Shown: positions 32,031 to 43,629, counted from the stretch's first letter. The stretch: 64,000 nt of DNA from an uncultured Chloroflexia bacterium (GCA_963718085.1 CAVQYA010000001.1:196811-260810); one strand, 5' to 3'. Notes: a model not told the origin generated them from the sequence alone. Program-made: numbers and translations.

Positions 32031-33308
32031 ATGTCCGAGACGAACCGCCCGATCAGCCACGACCGCGGCCAGCTCTCCGACGCGCCTGGGTCCGCCCGCC
32101 CGCGGCTGGCCGAGCCCGTCCTCGCCGCCCGCCCGCCGCTGGCCGAGCGTGCCCTCTCCGCCCGGGTCCGGGCCGTCCCCCCGTCGGGCATCCGCCGCTT
32201 CTTCGACATCGCGGCCACGATGGAGGACGTCATCAGTCTCGGAGTGGGGGAGCCCGACTTCGCCACGCCGGCCCAGGTGATCGAGGCCGGTATCGCCAGC
32301 CTCCGCGCCGAGCGGACCCACTACACCAGCAACTACGGCACTATCGAGCTGCGCCGGGCGATCGCCGCCCACCTCGAGCGCCGCTACGGCGTCGCCTACG
32401 ACCCGACGACCGAGATCCTCGTCACCGTCGGCGCGTCGGAGGCCGTCGACCTCGCCCTGCGGGCCACGATCGACCCGGGCGACGAGGTCATCCTCCACGA
32501 GCCCTCGTACGTCGCCTACGTCCCGGCCGTCGTCTTCGCAGGGGGGACCGTCCGCCACGTCTCCACCCGCTTCGAGGACGACTTCGCCCTGGACCCCGCT
32601 GCGGTCGAGGCGGCGGTGACGCCGCGGACGAAGTCCCTCTTCCTCGGCTTCCCCTGCAACCCGACGGGCGCCGTCCTGCCGGTCGCGGCCCAGGACGAGC
32701 TCGCCGCGATCGCCGTCCGCCACGACCTCCTCGTCTACTCGGACGAGATCTACGACCGCCTCGCCTACGGCGGCTACCGCCACCGGGCGATGAGCGCGCT
32801 GCCCGGCATGCGCGAGCGGACGATCCTGATGGGCGGCTTCTCCAAGGCCTACGCGATGACCGGCTGGCGGGTCGGCTACGTCTGTGCCCCGGCCGGGATC
32901 CTCGAGGGGATCGTCAAGGTTCACCAGTACGGGATCATGTCGGCGCCGACCACCGCCCAGGACGCTGCTTTGGTGGCGATCACCGGCGCCGAGGCCGACG
33001 TTGAGTCGATGCGCGCCGAGTACGACCGCCGCCGGCGCCTGGTCGTCGACGGCCTCAACGCCCTGGGCCTCGCCACGTTCGAGCCGCGGGGCGCCTTCTA
33101 CGCCTTCCCCCGGATCACGTCCACCGGGCTCGACGACAACGCCTTCGTCGAGCGGCTGCTCACCGAGGAGCACGTGGCCGCGGTGCCGGGAAGCGCCTTC
33201 GGCCCGTCGGGCGCCGGGCACGTGCGGATGTGCTACGCGACGAGCTACGAGAAGCTCGAGGAGGCGTTGGGTCGGATCGGCCGTTTCGTGGCGCGGACGC
33301 GCGGGTAG
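32031..33308 (+). CDS. PLP-dependent class I/II aminotransferase (aspartate aminotransferase-like)
   Basis: …GFSKAYAMTGWRVGY… (Lys-PLP site) and overall AspAT-like collinearity. The ATG overlaps the gatA stop (TGACATG). Confidence 0.8.
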   Translation: MSETNRPISHDRGQLSDAPGSARPRLAEPVLAARPPLAERALSARVRAVPPSGIRRFFDIAATMEDVISLGVGEPDFATPAQVIEAGIASLRAERTHYTSNYGTIELRRAIAAHLERRYGVAYDPTTEILVTVGASEAVDLALRATIDPGDEVILHEPSYVAYVPAVVFAGGTVRHVSTRFEDDFALDPAAVEAAVTPRTKSLFLGFPCNPTGAVLPVAAQDELAAIAVRHDLLVYSDEIYDRLAYGGYRHRAMSALPGMRERTILMGGFSKAYAMTGWRVGYVCAPAGILEGIVKVHQYGIMSAPTTAQDAALVAITGAEADVESMRAEYDRRRRLVVDGLNALGLATFEPRGAFYAFPRITSTGLDDNAFVERLLTEEHVAAVPGSAFGPSGAGHVRMCYATSYEKLEEALGRIGRFVARTRG

Positions 33309-33659
33309 CGCAGGGGCCGCGTCGGCGCCCGGACGCGCGGGCAGCGCGGGAGCCACCACGGCGGCTGCCCCGCGGGGGTAACGCAGGTTGCTCCCACCGA
33401 CGGCCTCGTCGGTGAACGCCAATTCCAGCAGCACGCCTGCTCGGATTCGACTCCGCCGAGCTCACGGTTCCCGGCGAAACGCCGGTTCGGCGGGAAGTCC
33501 ACGCTCCGAGCGCGCAGCTTCGAGCAGACCGGCCGCTGAAGCCGGGCTTCGGCGTCCGGGCCCGCGCGTCAGTGAAGCGCCTTCCGACCGTGCCGCCCCG
33601 GATGGCGTTTGCGTCGAGGCTGGCGCGGAGGGCGCTGACTGAGGCTCGCCGTCGGCCGG

Positions 33660-34235
33660 ACCACGCGGGAGTAGCACCCGCCGCGTGATGACCGTGTGCG
33701 CATCGTCGGGGCATCAGCCAGGCATCTGGCTCGCCGTCGGCCGGACCACGCGGGAGCAGCACCCGCCGCGTGATGACCGTGTGCGCATCGTCGGGGCATC
33801 AGCCAGGCATCTGGCTCGGCGCCCTGCGGCGTGCCCGCCCTGCGGCGTGCCCGCCCTGCGGCGTGCCCGCCCTGCGGCGTGCCCGCCCTGCGGCGTGCCC
33901 GCCCTGCGGTGGGCCCGACGCGGTCACCGAGCAGCCCGACGGGATCGCTCAGGAACGCCCGCTGGATGCTTGATGCGCGCTTGATGCGGCCACGGTCATC
34001 AGTTGGGGGCAACGGTTCCCCGGTGGTCAGGGTCAAGCCCTGCCGGCACGACCATCCAGGGGCCACGGCGATTCGGGGGCCCGTGATTCTCACGCGGCGG
34101 GATGGCGCGCGTGCTCGGCGCGGCTCCGGCGCGGCTCCGGCGCGGCTGGCGCGCGGCTCGGCGCGGCTCCGGCGCGGCTCCGGCGCGGCTCCGGCGCGGC
34201 TCCGGCGCGGCTCCGGCGCCCTCGATCCTCCGGGC
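33660..34235. mobile_element. Complex palindromic MITE/REP-like element, family A locus 1, with internal 85-bp ×2, 15-bp ×6 and ~11-bp ×9 tandem arrays
   Basis: The left core GTGATGACCGTGTGCGCATCG(T/C)CGGGGCATCAGCC (×2) is the inverse complement of the right core GATGCGCGCTTGATGCGGCCACGGTCATCA. It shares GGTTCCCCGG…GTGATTCTCACGCGGCG with locus 2. Confidence 0.55.
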
Positions 34236-34237
34236 GG

Positions 34238-35161
34238 TCAGGTTCGGCCGTCCGGGTCGGGCGGGGCTGGACAGGCGATGGCTCTCTTGGCCCGGTACAT
34301 CGCCACGTCGGCGGCCTTGAGCAGCTCCTCCGCGTCGCGGCCGTCGTCGGGATACACGCCGACCCCGATGCTGACCGTCACCGTCGCGGCGCCGCCCGGC
34401 AGCGCGAACGGCTTGCCGACGGCGGCGCGGATCTTGTCGGCGAGCGCGATCGCGTCGGGGCCGGCCCGGAGCGACTCGAGGAGTATGACGAACTCGTCGC
34501 CGCCGATGCGGGCGACGGTGTCGGCCGCTCGAAGGTTCTGGGCGAGCCGCTCTGCGATCCCGCGGAGCACCAAATCACCGACGTCGTGTCCGCGCGAGTC
34601 GTTGATCCACTTGAAGCCGTCGAGGTCGATGAAGAGGATCGCGAAGCTCGTCCTGTATCGCGCCGCCCGGACCAGGAGCTGGTTCAGGCGATCGAACATG
34701 AGGAAGCGATTCGGCAGCCCGGTGAGCGTGTCGTGCGTGGCCAGGTGCTCCAGGGTGATCTCGGCCCGCTTCAGCTCGTTGATCTCCCGCGTGATGCCGA
34801 GAAGCCCAACGACCTTGCCCGCCGAGTCGTGTAGCGGCGTCTTGGTGGTGAGGGTCCAGTTCACCTGGCCGTTCTCGAGCTGGCGGCTCTCCGTCAGGCC
34901 GATGATCGGTAGATCCGTCTCCATGATTCTCAAGTCGTCCAGCATCGTTCTCTGGCCGAAGTCCTGGCCGAACAGCTCGATGTCGGTCTTGCCGACGAGC
35001 TCCGCCGGATCTGCGTAGCCAAGGTCCCGTGCCATCTTCCGGCTCACGCGCAGCAGCCGGCACTGACGATCCTTGAAGTAGATGCTGTCGACCAGCGTCT
35101 CCATCAGGGAACGGAAGAGGAAGTCATCGTCCAAGGAAACGGAAGGCGACATCGTGATCAC
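34238..35161 (-). CDS. PAS-GGDEF diguanylate cyclase
   Basis: RIGGDEFVILL GGDEF motif. An N-terminal PAS-like region is present. Confidence 0.85.
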   Translation of the reverse strand: MITMSPSVSLDDDFLFRSLMETLVDSIYFKDRQCRLLRVSRKMARDLGYADPAELVGKTDIELFGQDFGQRTMLDDLRIMETDLPIIGLTESRQLENGQVNWTLTTKTPLHDSAGKVVGLLGITREINELKRAEITLEHLATHDTLTGLPNRFLMFDRLNQLLVRAARYRTSFAILFIDLDGFKWINDSRGHDVGDLVLRGIAERLAQNLRAADTVARIGGDEFVILLESLRAGPDAIALADKIRAAVGKPFALPGGAATVTVSIGVGVYPDDGRDAEELLKAADVAMYRAKRAIACPAPPDPDGRT

Positions 35162-35317
35162 CCTCTGGTGGGCCTGGATCCTGGGCTCCCGTCGTTGCGT
35201 CCATGATGACCCTTCAGCCGCGGCATGTTGCGGCGTGGGCGTCTACCGCAGCGGCTGGGTCGAGGCGCGCCGCGCTGCAAGCCGGCCGGTGCGGCGGCAT
35301 CGCTCGGGACGTGCCGG

Positions 35318-36358
35318 TCAGGATCGCGACCGACCGAACTCGATGACCTCGGACAGGAATCCGTGGGCCATGCACGTCACGGTGTCGGCGCCGCCGTAGT
35401 AGATCGTCAGGCGATCGGTTTCGCGGTCGAGGAGGGCGGCGCAGGGGAAGACGACGTTCGGGACGTCGCCCACCTGCTCGTACGGCACCTGGGGGGAGAG
35501 CAGGTAGTCGCGCGGCCGCGAGAGGACCCGCCAGGGCTCCTCGAGATCGAGGAGAGCCGCGCCCATCGAGTAGACGAAGCCGTTGCACGACGTCAGGACG
35601 CCGTGGTAGAGCAGGAGCCAGCCCTGGTCGGTCTCGATCGGCGTCGGGCCCGCCCCGACCTTCGTCGAGTCCCAGCTCCACGGCCGCGGCGCCATGACGT
35701 GGCGATGGCGGCCCCAGTGGACGAGATCCGGGCTCTCCGAGAAGAAGATGTCGCCGAACGGCGTGTGCCCGTTGTCGCTGGGCCGATTGAGCATGGCGTA
35801 GGCGCCGCCGATCCGACGCGGGAACAGGACCCCATTGCGATTGAACGGCAGGAAGGCGTTGTCGAGCTGGTGGAACGTCTCGAAGTCGCGGGTCCAGGCG
35901 ATGCCGATCGTGGGGCCGTGGTAGCCGTTGCACCAGGTGACGTAGAAGCGGTCCTCGAGCCAGGTCACCCGCGGGTCGTAGGCGTGCTCGAAGGTGCCCT
36001 GGATCTCGGTCACCCGGCCCTCGGCGGCCCGGAACCTGATCGGCTCGGGGTCGATCTGCCAGGCGACCCCGTCGACGCTCCTGCCGACGTGAAGGTTCAT
36101 CGTGCGCGCGGTGTCGTCGACGCGGAAGACCCCCGCGAAGCCATCGCCGAAGCGGACGACGGCCGAGTTGAAGATCGAGTTGGAGCGCGGCAGGTGGTCG
36201 CGCCCGATGATCGGGTTGCGGCTCGAGCGCCACACGACGGCCGCACTGCCGGCCGGGCGGTCCTCCCACGGGATGGCGGCGGGTCCGCCGGGTCCGACGG
36301 CGGCGCTGCCGGTCGGGCGATCCTCCCACGGGATGGCGGCGGGTCCGACCTCGGTCAC
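35318..36358 (-). CDS. GH130-family glycoside phosphorylase/hydrolase (beta-mannoside type)
   Basis: …[35 protein letters not shown]… is the GH130 signature. GTG start at 36358 overlaps the GH1 stop (GTGA). A 51-bp tandem duplication sits at the 5' end (AAIPWEDRP(T/A)GSAAV ×2). Confidence 0.8.
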   Translation of the reverse strand: MTEVGPAAIPWEDRPTGSAAVGPGGPAAIPWEDRPAGSAAVVWRSSRNPIIGRDHLPRSNSIFNSAVVRFGDGFAGVFRVDDTARTMNLHVGRSVDGVAWQIDPEPIRFRAAEGRVTEIQGTFEHAYDPRVTWLEDRFYVTWCNGYHGPTIGIAWTRDFETFHQLDNAFLPFNRNGVLFPRRIGGAYAMLNRPSDNGHTPFGDIFFSESPDLVHWGRHRHVMAPRPWSWDSTKVGAGPTPIETDQGWLLLYHGVLTSCNGFVYSMGAALLDLEEPWRVLSRPRDYLLSPQVPYEQVGDVPNVVFPCAALLDRETDRLTIYYGGADTVTCMAHGFLSEVIEFGRSRS

Positions 36359-37722
36359 CGGGCGATCTCGCCGATCTCGCCGATCTCGCCCGTCCGGGCC
36401 ACCGCGGCCAGGTAGCGCCCGCTGTCGCGCACGCGGCGTTCCTGCGTCTCGAAGTCGACGTGCACGATCCCGAATCGCTGGGCGTAGCCCTCGGCCCACT
36501 CGAAGTTGTCCATCAGCGACCACACGAAATACCCCCGCAGCGGCACGCCGTGCTCGATCGCCGTCCGCGCGGCGGCGAAGTGGCGCCGCAGGAAGTCCAC
36601 CCGCGCCGGGTCACGCGTCGGATCGGCGGGATCGAGGTCGAACGCCGCCCCGTTCTCGTCGACGTAGAGCGGCAGGTCGCCGGTGCGCGAGGCAACGAGC
36701 TCGAGAATTCCGGTCAGCCCCTCCGGGTAGATCTCCCAGCCCATTCCGGTGGCCTCACGGTCGGGCCGGGGAGCGAGGGGCGGCAGGAGCGGCGAGCGCT
36801 CGAGGGTCCGGGTGTAGTAGTTGACGCCCATGAAGTCGAGCGGCGCGGCGATCGTCGCCATGTCGCCCGCCCGTACCTCGTCGCGCCGCCACCCGAGCGT
36901 GCGGACGGCGTCCTCGGGGTAGTCCCCGCCGGTCAGCGGGTCGAGGAACCAGCGGTTGTAGCGAGCGTGCGCGAGCGACGCCGCCTCGACGTCCAGGGGA
37001 TGCTCGCTCGCCGGGAGATGCGGCTCGAAGTTCAGGACGATCCCCGCCTGGAGCCGGGGAGCGGCGGAGCGAATGGCCTGCATGGCCGTCCCGTGGGCCA
37101 GCAGGAGGTGGTGGGCGGCGGCCAGCGCGGCCGCCGGATCGGTCCGGCCGGGAGCGTGGATCCCCAGGGCATAGCCGAGGTGCGATGAGCACCACGGCTC
37201 GTTCAGAGTGGCCAGCGTGGCCAGCCGGTCGCCAAGACGCCGGGCGACGACGTCCGCATAGCGGGCGAACGCCTCCGCGGTCGCCCGGACCGGCCAGCCG
37301 CCGGCGTCCTCGAGCGCCTGGGGGAGGTCCCAGTGGTAGAGGGTCGCGTGTGGCTCGATCCCGCGCTCGAGGAGGGCGTCGACGAGCCGGTCGTAGAAGT
37401 CGAGGCCGGCCTCGTTCACCGCGCCGCTGCCGACCGGCAGGATCCGCGGCCAGGCGATGGAGAAGCGGTAGGCGTCGAGGCCCAGCTCCGCGATCAGGGC
37501 GATGTCGTCCCGGAACCGGTGGTAGTGGTCGCAGGCGACGTCGCCGCTGTCACCGTCGCGGATACGGCCGGGCGTGTGCGAGAAGCGGTCCCAGATGCTC
37601 TCGCCGCGTCCGTCCTCGTGCGTCGCGCCCTCGATCTGGTAGGACGACGTCGAGGCTCCCCATGTGAAGCCGGGGGGGAATCCTGGGCTGGACACGGCGC
37701 GCTCCTTTGGAACCGCTCTCAT
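36355..37722 (-). CDS. GH1 beta-glucosidase / beta-mannosidase
   Basis: [18 protein letters not shown], and YVDENG…ITENG-like catalytic Glu motifs. The C-terminal [11 protein letters not shown] comes from a 9-bp ×3 repeat. The start is uncertain, either 37722 or 37764. Confidence 0.85.
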   Translation of the reverse strand: MRAVPKERAVSSPGFPPGFTWGASTSSYQIEGATHEDGRGESIWDRFSHTPGRIRDGDSGDVACDHYHRFRDDIALIAELGLDAYRFSIAWPRILPVGSGAVNEAGLDFYDRLVDALLERGIEPHATLYHWDLPQALEDAGGWPVRATAEAFARYADVVARRLGDRLATLATLNEPWCSSHLGYALGIHAPGRTDPAAALAAAHHLLLAHGTAMQAIRSAAPRLQAGIVLNFEPHLPASEHPLDVEAASLAHARYNRWFLDPLTGGDYPEDAVRTLGWRRDEVRAGDMATIAAPLDFMGVNYYTRTLERSPLLPPLAPRPDREATGMGWEIYPEGLTGILELVASRTGDLPLYVDENGAAFDLDPADPTRDPARVDFLRRHFAAARTAIEHGVPLRGYFVWSLMDNFEWAEGYAQRFGIVHVDFETQERRVRDSGRYLAAVARTGEIGEIGEIAR

Positions 37723-37845
37723 CTTGAACGTGGACTGTGGCGACATTCTACACGCCACAAGCACCTGTTGATAACCCTCTTGACACCAATTCGCAACCGG
37801 ATATGCTGGAAGCGCTTTCAGTCAGGTCATTCCACGAGGTGCAGT

Positions 37846-38796
37846 TTGGCACGCACGCTCGACGACGTGGCGACCCTCAGCGGCGTCTCGAGGGCAACCG
37901 TCTCCCGGGTCATCAACGGTGGCCCCGTCGCGGAGGCGACGCGTCAGAAGGTGGTCGCGGTCCTCGAGGAGACCAGCTTCCGGCCCAACGCCGCCGCCCG
38001 CACCCTGGCGTCGGGGCGCTCCGGCGTGGTCGGGGTCGTGATGCACGTCGATCCCCACTTCCTCTTCCGGGACCCGTACTTCACGCAGCTGCTCCAGGGA
38101 CTCAGCGACGCCCTCGCCGAGCAGGAGATCGGGATGATGCTGTGGCTGGGGCATCGCTCCAAGGAGGAGACCCTCGAGCGGATCCAGTCGATCGGCCTCC
38201 TCGACGGCGTCGTCGTGACCGCCCATACCCTCGACGACCCGCTCGTCGACGGCCTCCTCGCCTCGCCGCTGCCGACCGTGCTCATCGGCCACCGGCGCGC
38301 GGACCGCAAGGCCAGCTACGTCGACGTCGATCACGTCCACGCCGCCGACGCGGTGACCTCGCACCTTGCGTCGATCGGGCGCCGGCGGATCGGCCACGTG
38401 ACGGGGACGCGGGGGACCGTCGCGGCCGAGGACCGCATCGAAGGCTACCGGCGGGCCATGCACCGCGCCGGGCTCAGGACCACCGGTCTCGTCGTCGACG
38501 GCGACTTCAACCGCGCGACCGGCATGGCCGGCGCCGCGACGCTCCTCGACGCCGGGGCCGACGCGATCTTCTGCGCCAACGACGCGATGGCGGCGGGGGC
38601 CCTCGAGACGATCCACGCCCGGGATCTCCGGGTGCCGGAGGACGTCGCCCTCGCCGGCTTCGACGACCTCGATTTCTCGGCGCTCCTCGACCCGCCCCTC
38701 ACGACCGTCCGCCAGGGCGTTCGGGAGCAGGGCGCCGAGGCGGCGCATGCGCTCCTCCAGCTCGTGAACGACCCCGACGGGGGCCCCGCCGCGTGA
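37846..38796 (+). CDS. LacI-family transcriptional regulator
   Basis: …TLDDVATLSGVSRATVSRVING is the HTH, followed by a periplasmic-binding-like sugar domain. TTG start inferred. Confidence 0.75.
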   Translation: MARTLDDVATLSGVSRATVSRVINGGPVAEATRQKVVAVLEETSFRPNAAARTLASGRSGVVGVVMHVDPHFLFRDPYFTQLLQGLSDALAEQEIGMMLWLGHRSKEETLERIQSIGLLDGVVVTAHTLDDPLVDGLLASPLPTVLIGHRRADRKASYVDVDHVHAADAVTSHLASIGRRRIGHVTGTRGTVAAEDRIEGYRRAMHRAGLRTTGLVVDGDFNRATGMAGAATLLDAGADAIFCANDAMAAGALETIHARDLRVPEDVALAGFDDLDFSALLDPPLTTVRQGVREQGAEAAHALLQLVNDPDGGPAA

Positions 38797-38916
38797 TCCT
38801 GCCGACGGAGCTGGTCATCCGGCAGTCGACCGTGGGAGGTGTGCCGCGCGCGTGATCGGCGTTCAGTTCGTCCACGACGGTGGAAGGTTGTTGCGAGGAC
38901 AAGGAGGAGATCAGGG

Positions 38917-40692
38917 ATGACAAGAACTCAGCGGCTGCTCGCCGTGCTCGCGGTCGTGAGCCTGGCGACGGCGGCATGCTCGACGGGGGCGTCGCCGACG
39001 CCCGCGCCATCGGCTGGGGCGACCGCGGCCCCGACCGCGGCCCCCACGGCCGCCCCGACGCCGGCCCCGACCCAGGCGACCACCGAGAGCTACCCGCGGG
39101 CGGAGACGCTCTACACGACGGGCAAGCAGTGGGGTCCGCCCTCGACGTGGAACCCGCTCGACCCGAACTCCGCGATGGGCGTGGTCGGCCTCCAGTACGA
39201 GACGCTCTTCCTCTTCGACCCGCTGGCCGACAAGTTCGAGCCATGGCTGGCCGAGAGCGCGTCGTGGACCACCCCGACCGAGTACACGATCAAGGTCCGC
39301 TCGGGCATCAAGTGGAGTGACGGCCAGCCGCTGACCGCCGCCGACGTGGCCTTCACGATCGGCCTGGCGAAGATCAAGGTCGTCGGTTCCAACATCTGGA
39401 CCTACGTGACGGACGCGACGGCGACGGACGACACGACCGTCGTCGTGAAGTTCAAGGACCCGGCCTACCAGCAGTGGGCTCTCTGGACGTACAACAGCCC
39501 GATCGTGCCCAAGCACGTCTGGGAAGCCAAGGCCAACGAGGACATCCTCAAGGACACCAACGCCAACGGCGTCGGATCCGGCCCCTACATGTACAAGACG
39601 GCGGCCGAGGACCGGATGGTCTGGATCCGCAACGAGAACTGGTGGGCCAAGAGCGCCCTCGGCCTCGAGGCCAAGCCGAAGTACATCGTCGACATCGTCA
39701 ACGGCGCGAACAACGTCGCGCTCGGTCGCCTGATGCAGGGCGACTTCGACCTCAGCAACAACTTCCTGCCGGGCGTCGCGACGCTGGTCGACAAGGGCTA
39801 CGTCTCGACCTACTACAAGACGGCCCCCTACATGCTGTCGGCGAACACGGCCTGGCTCGTCACCAACGACCAGAAGGCGCCGCTCGACGACAAGGAGTTC
39901 CGCAGGGCGATCGCGTGGGCGGTCAACGTCCCGGACATCGTCAACAAGGTCTACGGCAACATCGTCAAGGCCGCCGACCCCACGGGCCTCCTCCCGAGCT
40001 GGGACAAGTACATCGACGCCGCCCAGCGCGACGCGCTCGGCTTCAAGTACGACCCCGCCAAGGCCAAGCAGATCCTCGACGCCGCCGGCTACAAGAAGGG
40101 CGGCGACGGGTTCTACACCGCCAAGGACGGAGCGGCGATCAAGCTCACGATCATGGTTCCCAGCGGCTGGTCCGACTGGGAGGCTGCCCGTGACGTGATC
40201 GTCTCCAGCCTGAAGGCCGTCGGCATCAACACCGAGGCCAAGGTCGTCGACTACAACGGCCTGGTCGCAGCCCGGAACGCGGGCGACTTCGACCTGGTCC
40301 TCAACAACGAAGTCCAGATCTCCAACTCGCCCTGGACCTACTACGACTACATCTTCCGCCAGCCGCTGATGTCCGCCGAGGGCAGGAACCGGAACTTCGG
40401 CGGCTACGAGAACCCGGCCGCCTGGGCCCTCGTGCAGCAGCTGGACAAGACGCCCGTCGAGGACGCCGCGGCGCAGAAGGCGATCACGTCCAAGCTCCAG
40501 AAGGTCTTCCTCGAGGACCTCCCGGTCATCCCGCTGTGGTACAACGGGCTCTGGTCGCAGGTCAGCAACGTCGTCTGGACGAACTGGCCGTCGGACGAGG
40601 GCGCGCACATCCTCCCCGCCACCTGGAACGGCTACTGGCAGATGGGCGCCATCAAGATGCTCACCAACCTCCAGCCGGTCCCGGCCCAGTAA
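38917..40692 (+). CDS. ABC transporter substrate-binding lipoprotein, family 5 (oligopeptide/oligosaccharide type)
   Basis: ATG 38917 with AAGGAGG upstream. Signal peptide plus lipobox LATAAC. Overall SBP_bac_5 architecture. Confidence 0.8.
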   Translation: MTRTQRLLAVLAVVSLATAACSTGASPTPAPSAGATAAPTAAPTAAPTPAPTQATTESYPRAETLYTTGKQWGPPSTWNPLDPNSAMGVVGLQYETLFLFDPLADKFEPWLAESASWTTPTEYTIKVRSGIKWSDGQPLTAADVAFTIGLAKIKVVGSNIWTYVTDATATDDTTVVVKFKDPAYQQWALWTYNSPIVPKHVWEAKANEDILKDTNANGVGSGPYMYKTAAEDRMVWIRNENWWAKSALGLEAKPKYIVDIVNGANNVALGRLMQGDFDLSNNFLPGVATLVDKGYVSTYYKTAPYMLSANTAWLVTNDQKAPLDDKEFRRAIAWAVNVPDIVNKVYGNIVKAADPTGLLPSWDKYIDAAQRDALGFKYDPAKAKQILDAAGYKKGGDGFYTAKDGAAIKLTIMVPSGWSDWEAARDVIVSSLKAVGINTEAKVVDYNGLVAARNAGDFDLVLNNEVQISNSPWTYYDYIFRQPLMSAEGRNRNFGGYENPAAWALVQQLDKTPVEDAAAQKAITSKLQKVFLEDLPVIPLWYNGLWSQVSNVVWTNWPSDEGAHILPATWNGYWQMGAIKMLTNLQPVPAQ

Positions 40693-40779
40693 GCTCGGCC
40701 ATGTGACCCCTCCTCCCGCCCGGCGGGAGGAGGGGTATTCCATCAGCGCCACCGGGGCCGGGGGCGATCGGGAGACCGC

Positions 40780-41772
40780 GTGCGACGCTACTTCGGGCGG
40801 AAGCTCTTCATCTACCTGCTGACCTTCTGGGTCGCGGCGACGATCGACTGGATGATCCCGCGGTTCATGCCGGGCGATCCCATCCAGAGCCTGCTGTCGC
40901 GGACGCAGGTGGCCCCGGAGGCGGTCGGCGCCCTCATCGCCTACTACCGGGATCTCTTCGGCCTGGACCAGTCGATCCCCCAGCAGTACCTCAACTTCTG
41001 GGCTGCCCTCGCCCACGGGGACCTGGGGCGCAGCGTCTACCTCTCCGGCCGGCCGGTGGTCGACGTGATCATGGCCGCCCTGCCGTACACCCTGGCCCTC
41101 CTGATCCCGGCGATCCTTCTCAGCTGGTGGGCCGGGAACAAGGCCGGGGCGATCGCGGCCCGCCGGCGCGTGCTCGACAACACGGTCCTGCCGGTGGGCT
41201 ACATCCTCACGGCGACCCCGTACATGTGGCTGGCGATCATGCTGGCCTGGATCTTCGCCTCGCTCCTGGGCATCTTCCCGATCTCCGGTGGCTACAGCTA
41301 CTCGCTGGAGCCCTCGCTCAGCTGGACCTTCATCGGCGACCTCGCCGCGCACTGGGTCCTGCCGTTCGCCTCGCTCTTCCTCGTGATGTTCGGCGGCTGG
41401 GCGATCGGGATGCGGAACATGATCATCTACGAGCTCGACGCGGACTACTCGCGCTACCTGAACGCGCTGGGGGCGCCGACCAGCCTCGTCCGCAGGTACG
41501 CCTTCCGGAACGCGGTGCTGCCCCAGGTCACCGGCCTCGCCCTCCAGCTGGGCGTAATCGTCTCCGGGGCGCTCGTGACCGAGATCGTCTTCTCGTATCC
41601 GGGCATCGGCAAGCTGCTCCTGGCGGCCGTCCAGAACCAGGATTACTTCCTCCTGCAGGGCATCTTCCTGTTCATCATCATCGGCGTCCTCATCGCCAAC
41701 TTCGCCGTCGACATCGCCTACGTCCTCATCGACCCGCGGACGCGGGTCGGGATGCGCGGGGGCACGGCATGA
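40780..41772 (+). CDS. ABC transporter permease (DppB/OppB-like)
   Basis: BPD_transp_1 topology with conserved EAA-like loop. Confidence 0.8.
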   Translation: MRRYFGRKLFIYLLTFWVAATIDWMIPRFMPGDPIQSLLSRTQVAPEAVGALIAYYRDLFGLDQSIPQQYLNFWAALAHGDLGRSVYLSGRPVVDVIMAALPYTLALLIPAILLSWWAGNKAGAIAARRRVLDNTVLPVGYILTATPYMWLAIMLAWIFASLLGIFPISGGYSYSLEPSLSWTFIGDLAAHWVLPFASLFLVMFGGWAIGMRNMIIYELDADYSRYLNALGAPTSLVRRYAFRNAVLPQVTGLALQLGVIVSGALVTEIVFSYPGIGKLLLAAVQNQDYFLLQGIFLFIIIGVLIANFAVDIAYVLIDPRTRVGMRGGTA

Positions 41773-42677
41773 CCGGACCCCTGCCGGCGGATGCCGTGGC
41801 GCCGCTCGATCGTCCCGCCTCGGAGTCGGTCGGCCGCGCGCGGGAGATCCGGTACTTCGCGCTGCGCAGCAAGAAGGTGCTCGGCGCCTCGTTCGTGCTG
41901 TTCGTGCTGCTCGCCATCGCCGTGGTGGGACCCTTCCTGCGACCCGGGGACCCCAACGCGTTCGTTGGTCCGCTCGGGGCTCCCCCTTCTGCGGAGTACT
42001 GGTTCGGGACGACGACCTTCGGCCAGGACGTCTTCGCCCAGTTCGCCAACGGCCTGGTCGCCACCTTCGTGGTCGGGATCCTGGGCGGCGGAGTGGCGGC
42101 CCTCATCGGCATGGTCGTCGGGTTCGTGGCGGGATACCGGGGCGGCGTGGTCGACGAGATCCTCAACATGCTCACCAACGTGGTCCTCGTGATCCCGACC
42201 CTGGCCATCCTCATCGTCGTGACGGCGTACCTGCAGGCCCGCGGCCTGATCCTCGAGGCCGCCTTCATCGGCCTGACCTCGTGGCCGTGGGCGGCGCGGG
42301 CCATCCGGGCCCAGACGTTCTCGCTCAAGACGCGGGAGTTCGTGGATCTCGCCCGGATCAGCGGCGCGTCCAGCCTCCGGGTCGTCTTCCGCGAGATCGC
42401 CCCGAACATGAGCTCCTACCTCTTCATGACCTTCATCCTGCTGTTCGGCGGGGCCATCCTCATCGCTGCATCGCTCGACTTCATCGGGCTGGGCCCCACG
42501 GAGGGCACCTCGCTCGGCCTGATGATGTACAACGCCGTCGCCTGGAGCGCGCTGCAGCTCGAGATGTGGTGGTGGTTCATCCCGCCCGGGATCGGGATCA
42601 CCGCGATCGTCGGCGCCCTCTACGTCATGAACGTGGGGCTCGACGAGATCTTCAACCCCCGGCTGCGGGAATCCTGA
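41768..42677 (+). CDS. ABC transporter permease (DppC/OppC-like)
   Basis: ATG overlaps the upstream stop (ATGA). Typical DppC N-terminus and permease core. Confidence 0.8.
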
Positions 42678-42678
42678 G

Positions 42679-43629
42679 GTGAGCCTCGAGGTCGCGGACC
42701 TGCGGGTCTACTACCGGACGCTGGCGGGCGACGTGAGGGCGCTCGACGGGGTCACCTTCGACGTGGCCGACGGCGAGATCATGGGGCTGGCCGGTGAATC
42801 CGGGTGCGGCAAGTCCACCCTCGGCAACAGCCTGGTCCGCATCGACGGCCGGATGCGCTACGTCGAAGGTCGGGTCGTCCTCGACGGCGTCGAGCTCCCG
42901 ATCACGGACAGCCGGGCGATGGACCGCTTCCGCTTCAGCGACATCTCGATCATCCCCCAGTACGCGATGAGCGCCCTGAACCCCACCCGCAAGATCGGGA
43001 AGATGGTCGCCGAGCTGGTCGAGTCGCGGGGCACCCCGTTCCGGGAAGTGCGGGACGAGCTGTCGCGGCGCCTTCAGCTCGTCGGGCTCGGCACGGACGT
43101 GCTCGACCGCTACCCGATCGAGCTATCCGGGGGCATGAAGCAGCGGGTGGTGATGGTCATCTCCACGCTTCGCGACCCGTCGCTGCTGATCGCCGACGAG
43201 ATCACGTCCGCCCTCGACGTGTCGAGCCAGAAGGCCGTGGCCCAGACGCTCGTCGAGTTCCGTGACCGGGGGTTCGTGACGAGCATGATCGTGGTCACCC
43301 ACGACGTCTCGATCCTCTACCAGATCGCCGACACGCTCACCGTCATGTACGCCGGCAAGCTCGCCGAGAAGGCACCCACCGACGTGATGATGGGGGCGCC
43401 GCTCCACCCCTACACGCGCCTCCTGGTCTCGTCGCTGCCCGAGATCGGAGTCCGCTTCGAGGAGAAGCGCCTGGCGGGCATCCCGGGCGCCCCGCCCTCG
43501 CTCCTGAACCCGCCCGCCGGCTGCCGGTTCCGGGATCGCTGTCCGCTCGCCTTCGAGAAGTGCGGCGAGGAACCTCCATTCGTGGAAGTGGAAGCGGGCC
43601 ACGCCGTGGCGTGCTGGAAGGCGACCTGA
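42679..43629 (+). CDS. ABC transporter ATP-binding protein (DppD-like)
   Basis: Walker A GESGCGKST, signature LSGGMKQR. C-terminal oligopeptide-type extension. Confidence 0.85.
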   Translation: MSLEVADLRVYYRTLAGDVRALDGVTFDVADGEIMGLAGESGCGKSTLGNSLVRIDGRMRYVEGRVVLDGVELPITDSRAMDRFRFSDISIIPQYAMSALNPTRKIGKMVAELVESRGTPFREVRDELSRRLQLVGLGTDVLDRYPIELSGGMKQRVVMVISTLRDPSLLIADEITSALDVSSQKAVAQTLVEFRDRGFVTSMIVVTHDVSILYQIADTLTVMYAGKLAEKAPTDVMMGAPLHPYTRLLVSSLPEIGVRFEEKRLAGIPGAPPSLLNPPAGCRFRDRCPLAFEKCGEEPPFVEVEAGHAVACWKAT

